A stretch of 62,843 nucleotides of DNA, from assembly GCA_016218865.1 (NCBI GenBank), contig JACRCU010000311.1:1-62843 (forward strand), read 5' to 3'. Shown here piece after piece: positions 43,595 through 53,418 of the stretch (the stretch's first letter is position 1; every line of letters begins with the position of its first letter). The position numbers were made by a program, and so were the translations under genes. The notes under the pieces were generated by a model. The model made no database searches and was not told where the DNA came from. It worked only from the letters and a program-made list of their open reading frames with translations. Source of the stretch: Deltaproteobacteria bacterium. Its GTDB lineage: Bacteria; Myxococcota_A; UBA9042.

Positions 43595-45661
43595 ATGGGT
43601 CTTCGTTTGGTGAATCCTTTGTCGGTGCGCGGCTCTATGCCTGGTTTGGCGCGGAGCGGTGAGCGGCTGTCCAACCTGCAATCGGGCCAGAGCCTGTGGC
43701 GCGCGTCTGCGTGGCTGGCGGCGCTGCTGGCCGCCGGGCTGCTGGCTGCGTGTGGCGACGATCCGGTCACGGTTGCCGGGTCCACCGCCGACACCACGGC
43801 GAATCAGGACATCGACACCTCGGTGGGCGGCACCGACATTCAGGCGCCGCCGGACACCGCTGCCGACACCGCCGACACCACTCCGCCCGACGTGGAAGCC
43901 GACGTGCAACCCGACGTGACGCCGGACACCGCCGACACCACGGGGATGTGCCCGGGGGCCGCCGGCTGCACGTGCGCGGACGACAGCAAGTGCGACGGCG
44001 GCAAGTGCATCGACACGCCCGATGGCAAGAAGTGCGCCAAGCCGTGCGTCAAGGTCGAAGACTGCGCCAGTGGCTATGCCTGCGCCTCGCTGGGCAGCAC
44101 CGACGCCACCTCGTTCTGCGTGCCCCAGCATCTGTCGATCTGCGCGCCCTGCAACACCAACGCCGACTGCCAGGTCCAGGGCCTGCAGGACTCGTACTGC
44201 TTGGACTACGGCACGGCCGGCAAGTTCTGCGGCGGCGCCTGCACCGCGGACAGCAACTGCCCGAACGGCTACACTTGCAGCGAAGTCAAAGAGGGCACCG
44301 CCAAGCAGTGCAAGCTGAAGGACACCGCCGCCACCTGCGAGTGCAGCGCCTGGGCCAAGGCCAAGGGCGTCGAGACCACCTGCGCCGTGACCAACGACCA
44401 GGGCTCGTGCACGGCCAAGCGCAAGTGCGGTGACGCCGGCCTGGAAGCCTGCAAGGCCAAGACGCCCGCGGCCGAGACCTGCAACGCCGACGACGACAAC
44501 TGCGACGGCAAGGTCGACAACCTGGCGGCCGACTTCACCTGCTTCAAGAAGGGTTTCTTGGACTCGGGCAGCAAGACCGCCTGCACCAAAGACACCGACT
44601 GCACCACCGCCGGCGAGGCCTGCGATGAGGACGCCAAGGTCTGCAAGGTCCTGATCGGCAAGTGCCAGGGCAAGCCCCAGTGCGGCAGCAGCGGTGCACT
44701 CATTTGCGCGGAAGCGGCCATCCCGACTCAGGAAATCTGCGACGGCAAGGACAACAACTGCGACGGCAACATCGACGAAGGCTTTGCGTGGAAGAGCCCG
44801 GTCGACGGCAGCGACGTCAAGGTCGGCGCGGCTTGCGGCGTGGGCCCCTGCGCCGGCGGCACCGTGCTCTGCAAGGACAACCTGACCGCCGTTTGCACCA
44901 CCTACGCCAACGCCGCCAAGGAAAGCTGCGACGGCGCCGACAACGACTGCAACGGCCAGACCGACGACGCCGCCTGCGACGACAGCGATGCCTGCACGAT
45001 CGACGCCTGCGACGCCGCCGGCAAGAAGTGCAGCAACACCGCCAAGGACTGCGCCGACACCGACCAGTGCACCGAGGACAAGTGCGACAGCAAGACCGGC
45101 GACTGCAGCCACCCGCAGTACAGCGGCTCGTGCAGCGACGGCAATGCCTGCACGCTGGGCGACGCCTGCGGTGCCGGCGCCGGCGGCAGCTGGGTCTGCA
45201 TGTCGGGCGGCACCGCCGACAAGTGCGACGACAACAACACCTGCACCGACGACAGCTGCGACCCCGGCACCGGCTGCGTGCACCAGCCCAATGCCGCCAC
45301 CAGCCCCTGCTACACCGGCAAGGACGGCACGCAGGGCGTCGGCACCTGCAAGGGCGGCAACTACGCCTGCGCCAGCGGCCAGATCGACAAGACCAAGTGC
45401 ATTGGCGAGGTCACGCCGGCGGCCAACGAGGCCTGCGACGGCCTGGACGACAACTGCAACGGCCAGACCGACGAAGGCTGCAAGCCGACCGCCGTCACTG
45501 TGACGTTCTCGTCGGCCTACGTGTCTGGCAACACCGGCACCGACAAGAAGCTGCAGCTGCTGGTCGGCCCGTCGGGCCCGGTGGGCGCGGCGACGGGCAC
45601 CGGCAAGTACAATGTCAACTTTGGATTCCTGGCGTGGCTGATGCAGCTCATGGGCAAGTAG
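43595..45661 (+). CDS. large Cys-rich secreted lipoprotein with MopE-like CxGxDNDC(D/N)GxxDE motifs
   Basis: ATG 43595 follows GGGAGGAG. Lipobox LLAAC followed by a D/T-rich linker. There are four motifs: ETCNADDDNCDGKVDN, EICDGKDNNCDGNIDEG, ESCDGADNDCNGQTDD and EACDGLDDNCNGQTDEG. Several DxCTxDxCD modules are also present. Confidence 0.75.
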   Translation: MGLRLVNPLSVRGSMPGLARSGERLSNLQSGQSLWRASAWLAALLAAGLLAACGDDPVTVAGSTADTTANQDIDTSVGGTDIQAPPDTAADTADTTPPDVEADVQPDVTPDTADTTGMCPGAAGCTCADDSKCDGGKCIDTPDGKKCAKPCVKVEDCASGYACASLGSTDATSFCVPQHLSICAPCNTNADCQVQGLQDSYCLDYGTAGKFCGGACTADSNCPNGYTCSEVKEGTAKQCKLKDTAATCECSAWAKAKGVETTCAVTNDQGSCTAKRKCGDAGLEACKAKTPAAETCNADDDNCDGKVDNLAADFTCFKKGFLDSGSKTACTKDTDCTTAGEACDEDAKVCKVLIGKCQGKPQCGSSGALICAEAAIPTQEICDGKDNNCDGNIDEGFAWKSPVDGSDVKVGAACGVGPCAGGTVLCKDNLTAVCTTYANAAKESCDGADNDCNGQTDDAACDDSDACTIDACDAAGKKCSNTAKDCADTDQCTEDKCDSKTGDCSHPQYSGSCSDGNACTLGDACGAGAGGSWVCMSGGTADKCDDNNTCTDDSCDPGTGCVHQPNAATSPCYTGKDGTQGVGTCKGGNYACASGQIDKTKCIGEVTPAANEACDGLDDNCNGQTDEGCKPTAVTVTFSSAYVSGNTGTDKKLQLLVGPSGPVGAATGTGKYNVNFGFLAWLMQLMGK

Positions 45662-45676
45662 GGACCTGACCATCCT

Positions 45677-45719
45677 GAACGCCGCTGGGACCATCCGCTC
45701 AGCGGCGTTCGGCATTTTT
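45677..45719 (+). terminator. intrinsic terminator after the Cys-rich lipoprotein gene
   Basis: Perfect 11-bp stem GAACGCCGCTG (45677-45687) / CAGCGGCGTTC (45700-45710), followed by GGCA and TTTTT (45715-45719). It starts 16 nt after TAG 45659-45661. Confidence 0.6.
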
Positions 45720-45740
45720 GCACTTTGACGACTTCTTGGT

Positions 45741-47606
45741 GTGACGACGATGCTGACGCGCGAACAATTGCAGGCCAAGCTGGACGAGCGCGTGCTCGTC
45801 TTCGACGGCGCCATGGGCACCGAGCTGTACGAGCACGGCTTCACCTTCGACAAGGCCTTCGAGGGCCTGAACCTGACCCAGCCGGCGGCGGTGCGGCGGA
45901 TCCACCGCGCCTACGTGGACGCGGGCGCGGCGGTGATCACCACCAACAGCTTTGGCGCCAATCGCTTGCGCTTGTTGCGCTCGGGCCTGCAGGAGCAAGT
46001 GACCGAGATCAACCGGGCGGCGGTGGCCCTGGCCCGCGAGGCGGCGTCGGTCCGGCCACCCCACAACCGGCCGCTGGTGGCGGCGTCGATCGGGCCGCTG
46101 GGGCAGCCGCTGGCGCCCGTGGGTCGGCTGCCGCGCGAGGTGGGCAAGTCTGCATTTGCCGAGCAGGTTCGCGCGCTCCTGGGCGCGGACCCGGACCTGT
46201 TCATCTTGGAGACGTTCTCGGACCTGAGCGAGCTGCAGCTGTGTGCCGAGGCCCTGACCGAGCTCGCGCCCGGCTGCGCGTTTGTGGCGCTGGCGACCTT
46301 TACCGACGACGGCAAGACCCTATTTGGCCACAAGCCCGAGGAAGTGGTGCGGACCATGCTGGCGGCGGGCGCGGCGGCCGTGGGGGCCAACTGCTCGACC
46401 GGTCCGCAGGGCCTGGATCCCGTGCTCGAGCGGATGCGCAAGGTGCCGGGGGCGCGGCTGTATGCGGCGCCGAACGCGGGCATGCCGCGGCTGGTCGATG
46501 GCCGTTACGTGTATGTCTCGACGCCGGATTACTTTGGCGAGTGGGCGGTGCGGATGGCCGAGGCCGGGCTGCGCGGCGTGGGCGGTTGCTGCGGCACCAA
46601 GCCGGCGCACATCGCCCGGATGGTCGACGCGGTGGGGGTGCGCGCGCCTGTGCAGCGGGCCAGCGCGTCGGGGGCTTTCGAGGTCCGCGAAAACCCAGAA
46701 GAGAGCGGCATCGTTGTGCCGGTGGAGGCCCTGTCGACCTTTGATGCCAAGCTGGGCGACGGCCGCTTCGTGGTGTCCGTCGAACTCGATCCGCCGCGCG
46801 GCGTGGACGCCGACAAGCTGGTGCACGGCGCGGTGGCGCTCAAGCAGGCGGGAGTCGACGCCATCAACATCGCCGACTCGCCGCTGGCCACGGCCCGCAT
46901 GAGCCCGCTGGCGCTGGCGGTGCTGATTCGGCAACAGGTCGATATCGAAGTGCTTTTGCACGTATCGTGCCGCGACCGCAACCTGCTGGGGCTGCTGAGC
47001 GAGTGCATGGGCGCCCATGCGCTGGGGATGCGCCACATGCTGTGCGTCACCGGCGATCCGCCGTCGCTGGGCGACTATCCGGGTGCCAAGGGCGTGTTCG
47101 AGGTCGACTCGATCGGCCTGGTCGACACCCTGCAGAAGCTCAACCGTGGCCTGGACGCCAACGGCAAGGCGCTGCCGTTTACCGCCAACTTCCGCATCTC
47201 GTGCGCGGTGAACCCGACTGCTGTCGATCTGCCCAAGGAAATCGAGCGCTTCCATCGCAAGGTCGACGCGGGCGCGCAGTACGCCCTGACCCAGCCGCTG
47301 TACAGTCCGGCGGACCTGGAGCGGTTCGTCGAGCTGGCCAAACCGACGATTCCGCTGCTGGTCGGCGTGTTGCCGCTGCGCAATGCCCGCCATGCGCACT
47401 TCATCCACCACGAGGTCCCTGGGATGGCGATTCCGCAGACCATCCGCGACCGCATGGCCCGGGCCGGCGAGCGCGGGCCCGAGGAAGGTGTGGCGATCGC
47501 TCGCGAATTCATCGAGGCGGTGCGCAGCGGCGTGGCCGGCACCTACCTGATGCCTCCCTTCAACAAGTTCGAGATGGCGGTGGACGTGCTGCGGGGCATC
47601 CTGTAG
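45741..47606 (+). CDS. bifunctional homocysteine S-methyltransferase / 5,10-methylenetetrahydrofolate reductase
   Basis: The N-terminal Hcy-binding domain contains FDGAMGTEL, GANCSTGP and GGCCGTKPAHI (Zn-ligand cysteines). The C-terminal half is MTHFR-like. The start is GTG 45741 or ATG 45750. Confidence 0.85.
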   Translation: MTTMLTREQLQAKLDERVLVFDGAMGTELYEHGFTFDKAFEGLNLTQPAAVRRIHRAYVDAGAAVITTNSFGANRLRLLRSGLQEQVTEINRAAVALAREAASVRPPHNRPLVAASIGPLGQPLAPVGRLPREVGKSAFAEQVRALLGADPDLFILETFSDLSELQLCAEALTELAPGCAFVALATFTDDGKTLFGHKPEEVVRTMLAAGAAAVGANCSTGPQGLDPVLERMRKVPGARLYAAPNAGMPRLVDGRYVYVSTPDYFGEWAVRMAEAGLRGVGGCCGTKPAHIARMVDAVGVRAPVQRASASGAFEVRENPEESGIVVPVEALSTFDAKLGDGRFVVSVELDPPRGVDADKLVHGAVALKQAGVDAINIADSPLATARMSPLALAVLIRQQVDIEVLLHVSCRDRNLLGLLSECMGAHALGMRHMLCVTGDPPSLGDYPGAKGVFEVDSIGLVDTLQKLNRGLDANGKALPFTANFRISCAVNPTAVDLPKEIERFHRKVDAGAQYALTQPLYSPADLERFVELAKPTIPLLVGVLPLRNARHAHFIHHEVPGMAIPQTIRDRMARAGERGPEEGVAIAREFIEAVRSGVAGTYLMPPFNKFEMAVDVLRGIL

Positions 47607-47661
47607 CGCGACCAGGGCGTTCGGCAGGGCGAGATCTGCAAATCGTCCATCTATTCAGCAA

Positions 47662-47685
47662 GTAGAAAATGGGTGCAAGGTTCTG
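47662..47685 (+). repeat. copy A of the 24-nt AT-rich intergenic element (GTAGAAAATGGGTGCAAGGTTCTG)
   Basis: Matches copy B at 21/24 positions by direct comparison. It lies in the convergent spacer 47607-47832. Confidence 0.7.
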
Positions 47686-47804
47686 GGCCCCGCCTGCGGC
47701 GGACTGGCGACAAAACTTGTCGCTTCGTCGCCCGTGCGAGCGGCCTGCCGGCCCTCTGCAGCTGAGCCGAAGGGTAGGCAGACGGAATCCAATAATTTCG
47801 CCGA

Positions 47805-47828
47805 GTAGAAAATGGGTGCTTTGTTCTG
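47805..47828 (+). repeat. copy B of the 24-nt AT-rich intergenic element (GTAGAAAATGGGTGCTTTGTTCTG)
   Basis: It lies 143 nt downstream of copy A in the same orientation. On the minus strand it begins 4 nt after the stop (47835-47833) of CDS 47833..48402. Confidence 0.7.
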
Positions 47829-47832
47829 AAGC

Positions 47833-48402
47833 CTACGGTTCGACGCTGTCGCGCTCGGGCTCGGCCGGCTGGTCCGCGCTGGCGGTGGCCGCGCCGGGCA
47901 GGGCATGCCCCGGATCGACCACCGGCCAGCGCAAGTTGACGACCTGGCCGCCGCGATGCACATCGACGGCAATCTCGCTGGCGCCCTTGGCGCGCTGGTA
48001 GACGGTGAGCAAGTCGCCGGGGGTCACGATGCGCTGGTGCTGGACCTGCAGCAACAGGTCGCCGGGGCGGAGGTCGAAGCGGCTGGCCACCGGCGAGCCG
48101 TCGAACACCGACACGATGCGAAAGCCGATGAACTTGCGATCGGTCCCGCGCACTGGCTCCAGCGGCACCTTGGACAGCATCCAGCCCGGCCCGGCGGCGA
48201 GCACCCGGTCGAGGACGGCGCGCGGGATGGCTGGGGCGTTCTGGGTCCAGTCGGCGTGGTCGGCGCGGCCAGCCCGGCCCGAGGTCCGCACAGCACCCGA
48301 CGCGCGGGCTGACCGACGCGGCGGTGGCGAATCCTCTACGTCGGGCGCCGAGCACGCCGCCACGGCGACGGCCAAGCTCAGGTAGACCAAGGGGCGCCTC
48401 AC
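47833..48402 (-). CDS. lipoprotein with a PDZ-like (GspC-type) domain, tentative
   Basis: GTG 48402 overlaps the upstream TGA (GTGA). Lipobox AVAVAAC. The segment [46 protein letters not shown] is PDZ-like. Confidence 0.6.
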   Translation of the reverse strand: MRRPLVYLSLAVAVAACSAPDVEDSPPPRRSARASGAVRTSGRAGRADHADWTQNAPAIPRAVLDRVLAAGPGWMLSKVPLEPVRGTDRKFIGFRIVSVFDGSPVASRFDLRPGDLLLQVQHQRIVTPGDLLTVYQRAKGASEIAVDVHRGGQVVNLRWPVVDPGHALPGAATASADQPAEPERDSVEP

Positions 48403-48758
48403 GGTGCCTTGCCGCAAAAGCTCTGGCCGTCCAGCGTGCACGGCGCCGCGGCCGACGGGTCCGATGTCGCGGCGCACTTGCCGGCGCTGCGGCACGTCAT
48501 GCCACTCCGGCACTCGTTGTCCGGCGAGCACGCGCGCATGCACCAGCGCGTGTCGAAGCCGAAGTCCACGCAGGTGGCCTCGGCCGGGCATTCCCCTTCG
48601 CGGCAGCCGACCTTGAGGCAGTACCCATCCGTGAAGGTCGTGTCGCAGGTCAAGGTGGTGCCGCACTGGCTGTTGTAGGTGCACTTGTCGCCCACGGCTG
48701 GTGTACAGCCAGCACCGAGCGCGACCAGGACGGCGAGCAACGCGAGGCGCAAGCTCAT
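48399..48758 (-). CDS. small Cys-rich lipoprotein (119 aa)
   Basis: ATG 48758 overlaps the upstream TGA (ATGA). Lipobox LVALGAGC. The Cys pattern (C..NSQCG..LTC...) resembles the larger Cys-rich proteins in this window. Confidence 0.6.
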   Translation of the reverse strand: MSLRLALLAVLVALGAGCTPAVGDKCTYNSQCGTTLTCDTTFTDGYCLKVGCREGECPAEATCVDFGFDTRWCMRACSPDNECRSGMTCRSAGKCAATSDPSAAAPCTLDGQSFCGKAP

Positions 48759-49336
48759 TTCGCACTCCCGGAGCCCGAACCGGAGCCCGAACCCGAACCC
48801 GAACCGGAGCCCGAACCGGAGCCCGAACCCGAACCCGAACCCGAACCGGAGCCCGAACCCGAACCCGAACCCGAACCCGAACCCGAACCGGAGCCCGGAG
48901 CCGAACCCGCCCCGGTCGCCGGGCCCGGCTCGGCGCCAGTCGGTGTAGCGGCGGCCGCACCCAGCGCCGGCTTGCCGCCAGGGCACGCTTGCGCATAGGC
49001 GGCCGCCACCGTGGCGCGGGCCCAGTCGCGGTCGAGCTTGGCCGCCGCGGCGAAGGTCTCCGCGAAGTCGCGCGCCGACCGGTAGCCCAGGTCGGTGTAG
49101 ATCTTGGGCAGCGGCGCCGCATAGCCGATGATCTGGCAACGGATCGTCGCAAAATCCTTGGCCAGCTTGACTTTGTCGACGTTCGCCGCCGTCGCCGTGG
49201 CTGGCCCAGGCAGTCCGACGCTGGGCGCACCGGCCTTGTCCGCCGGCAGCGGCGGCTTGGGCGGCTCGGTCTTGCCGCAGGCCACCGCTGCCAACAGCGC
49301 CGCCGCCGTCGCCAACTTCGCAAATTCTCTGATCAT
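48755..49336 (-). CDS. lipoprotein ending in a (Gly-Ser)22 tail
   Basis: ATG 49336 lies 6 nt after the eno stop. Lipobox LLAAVAC. A globular ~100-aa core is followed by an Ala/Pro/Gly linker, then (GS)22-AK-stop. Confidence 0.6.
   Translation of the reverse strand: MIREFAKLATAAALLAAVACGKTEPPKPPLPADKAGAPSVGLPGPATATAANVDKVKLAKDFATIRCQIIGYAAPLPKIYTDLGYRSARDFAETFAAAAKLDRDWARATVAAAYAQACPGGKPALGAAAATPTGAEPGPATGAGSAPGSGSGSGSGSGSGSGSGSGSGSGSGSGSGSGSGSGSGSGSGSGSAK
48764..48895 (-). repeat. hexanucleotide tandem repeat encoding (Gly-Ser)22
   Basis: Plus-strand units ccgaac/ccggag repeat for 132 nt. Decoded codon by codon on the minus strand, this gives 22 GS dipeptides. Confidence 0.9.
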
Positions 49337-49342
49337 TACGCC

Positions 49343-51591
<2,249 letters not shown>

Positions 51592-51708
51592 CCAAAGCCC
51601 AACGGATGGCGTCGCGCGCCAAAAAACGCAGGCGGCGACGCGGGGCCTTTTGATGCGGCGGCTTTTGCGCCATACTCCTGCAATTGAACTGCGCGAGGTC
51701 GTTCCGCC

Positions 51709-53418
51709 GTGCTCACATTTCTGAACCCGAATCTGGCCTTGCTCGCGGCGGGCCGCACGTTCGGTCGCAGCTTGGCGTTGGCCCTGCTGCTGGCCGCCAG
51801 TGCTGTACCGCTGGCCATTGCCCGTCCGGCGGCTGCGGCCACGGCTGGCGACATCGAGGCGGCCAAGACGCTCGTCGAAGACGAGAAGTACTACGACGCC
51901 TTCAGCAAGCTCGACGACATCCTCAACAGTGTCTCGCCCGGCGACCCGGCCCGCAACGCGGCCCAATTGCTGCAGGGCAAGGTCTTGATGGGGCTGGGGC
52001 TGTACCAGTCGGCGCTCCGCAGCTTCGACTCGGTCAGCGTGCCGGCCGATCACCCGTTCTACAAAGAGAAGATTAAGTACTTCCTGCAGATTCAGCGCGC
52101 GGTGCCCGGCGACCTGGCGACCCTGGAGCGTCTGGCCGACGCGCCCGAAGCGGTGCACAACCAAGACGACCTGGACGAGGTGCGCTTCCTGCTCGGCCGG
52201 TACTACTACGGTGTGGGTGAATTCGACAAGGCGATCGCCAAGTTGCAGGTCATCAAGCCCAGCGCCAAGGAGTTCTACCTCAAGGCCCGCCACCTGATCG
52301 GCGTCATCTACATCACCCCCAAGATGCAGAAGTACGACATGGCGGTCGAGGCGTTCAAGGACATCCTGCGCTTTGAAGAAACCATGGGCGCGCCCAGCTA
52401 CTTCGCCCAATACCGCGACATGGCCAACATGAGCCTGGGCCGGCTGTTCTACTCCGCGCGCCAGTTCGAGGCCGCCGGCCGCTACTACGACCGCGTGACC
52501 GAAGGCACTTCGGCCTGGCTCGACTCGCTGTTCGAGCTGGGTTGGACCTACTTCCAGATCGGCCGCATCGACCGCGTGCTGGGCCAGTTGCACACCCTGA
52601 ACTCGCCGTTCTTCGAAGACCGCTACTATCCGGAAGCCCGCGTGCTGGAAGCGCTCATCTTGTTCCGCACCTGCCGCTTCAGCGAGACGCTGGTCACCGT
52701 GCAGAAGTTCTTGCGCGACTACAAGCCGCTCAAGAAGGAGCTGGATGCCCAGCTGTCGGGCCAGCGCACCGACGCCGAGTTCTACGACTACCTGTTCAGC
52801 CTCTCGCGCGACAAGAAGTCGCTGTCCGTGCAGCTGCGCCGCATCTTCAACGTGGCCCTGAGCGACAAGCGCTTGCAGCGCGCCTTTGGCGCCGTGGTCC
52901 AGGCCAACGACGAGTACGCCGGCCTGGAGAAGCTGGAGCGCAACACCAAGGCCACCGCAGCCGCCGCGCAACTCCGCGAAGACATGGGTCGCGTCCGCGC
53001 CGTGATGATCGCCGAAGCCGGCGGTCTGGCCCGCCAGCGGCTGACGCGCGTGCGCGAAGATCTGACCGAAATCATTCGCCAGGGTCTGCGCATCAAGTAC
53101 GAGTCGCTCAAGGCCCGCCGCGGCTCGATCAGCGACGCGGTCCGCGCCGACATGGCCGAAACCGCCAAGGCCACCACCGAGCCGCGCCAAGAGGACGAAG
53201 AGCACATCGTTTGGCCGTTCGACGGCAGCTACTGGCGCGACGAGCTCGGCGGCTACACCTACGAGGCGCAAAGCAAGTGCACCGTCAAGGAACTTGGCCG
53301 CGCGGCAGTTGGCGCCGATGCGCCCAAGGTCGGCGGCAAGGCGGGCACCAAGCTCGACAAGGCGGGAGCGTCCGGCGCCGACAAGGGCGACAGCGACAAG
53401 GCGGAGGGCGGCAAGTGA
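51709..53418 (+). CDS. secreted TPR-like repeat protein (569 aa)
   Basis: GTG 51709 follows GAGG. A signal peptide ends at AIARPAAA. The body is TPR-like and helical. The tail is Lys/Gly/Asp-rich. Confidence 0.7.
   Translation: MLTFLNPNLALLAAGRTFGRSLALALLLAASAVPLAIARPAAAATAGDIEAAKTLVEDEKYYDAFSKLDDILNSVSPGDPARNAAQLLQGKVLMGLGLYQSALRSFDSVSVPADHPFYKEKIKYFLQIQRAVPGDLATLERLADAPEAVHNQDDLDEVRFLLGRYYYGVGEFDKAIAKLQVIKPSAKEFYLKARHLIGVIYITPKMQKYDMAVEAFKDILRFEETMGAPSYFAQYRDMANMSLGRLFYSARQFEAAGRYYDRVTEGTSAWLDSLFELGWTYFQIGRIDRVLGQLHTLNSPFFEDRYYPEARVLEALILFRTCRFSETLVTVQKFLRDYKPLKKELDAQLSGQRTDAEFYDYLFSLSRDKKSLSVQLRRIFNVALSDKRLQRAFGAVVQANDEYAGLEKLERNTKATAAAAQLREDMGRVRAVMIAEAGGLARQRLTRVREDLTEIIRQGLRIKYESLKARRGSISDAVRADMAETAKATTEPRQEDEEHIVWPFDGSYWRDELGGYTYEAQSKCTVKELGRAAVGADAPKVGGKAGTKLDKAGASGADKGDSDKAEGGK

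Noticed and set aside
45677-45719. The hairpin upstream of the methionine-pathway fusion gene as a SAM or cobalamin riboswitch expression platform.
   Set aside because: Only about 80 nt separate the upstream stop from the start, which is too short for a riboswitch aptamer. The perfect stem plus T-tract directly after the upstream gene is more simply its terminator.
47805-47828. Reading the 24-nt AT-rich element as a sigma54 promoter (TGG-N8-TTCT) or an ECF-type GAAC promoter.
   Set aside because: With GG-N10 spacing, the invariant -12 GC is CT/TC in all three copies. In the GAAC orientation no conserved -10 (CGT-like) follows at 16-17 nt. The positions at 3' ends of convergent genes also argue against a promoter.
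48324-48998. ORFs encoding (Glu-Pro)n and (Asn-Pro)n/RSPNPNPN tracts on the plus strand.
   Set aside because: They are alternative-frame readings of the hexanucleotide repeat. The minus-strand (Gly-Ser)22 reading belongs to an ORF with a lipobox, a proper start 6 nt after eno and an ATGA junction to the next gene.
52542-53417. The 5' extension of ORF 52542..57383, which would make a 1613-aa protein.
   Set aside because: It overlaps the 3' third of the well-formed 569-aa TPR gene in another frame and translates to an Arg/Pro/Gly-rich string. The signal peptide and the TGATG junction support a start at 53418.
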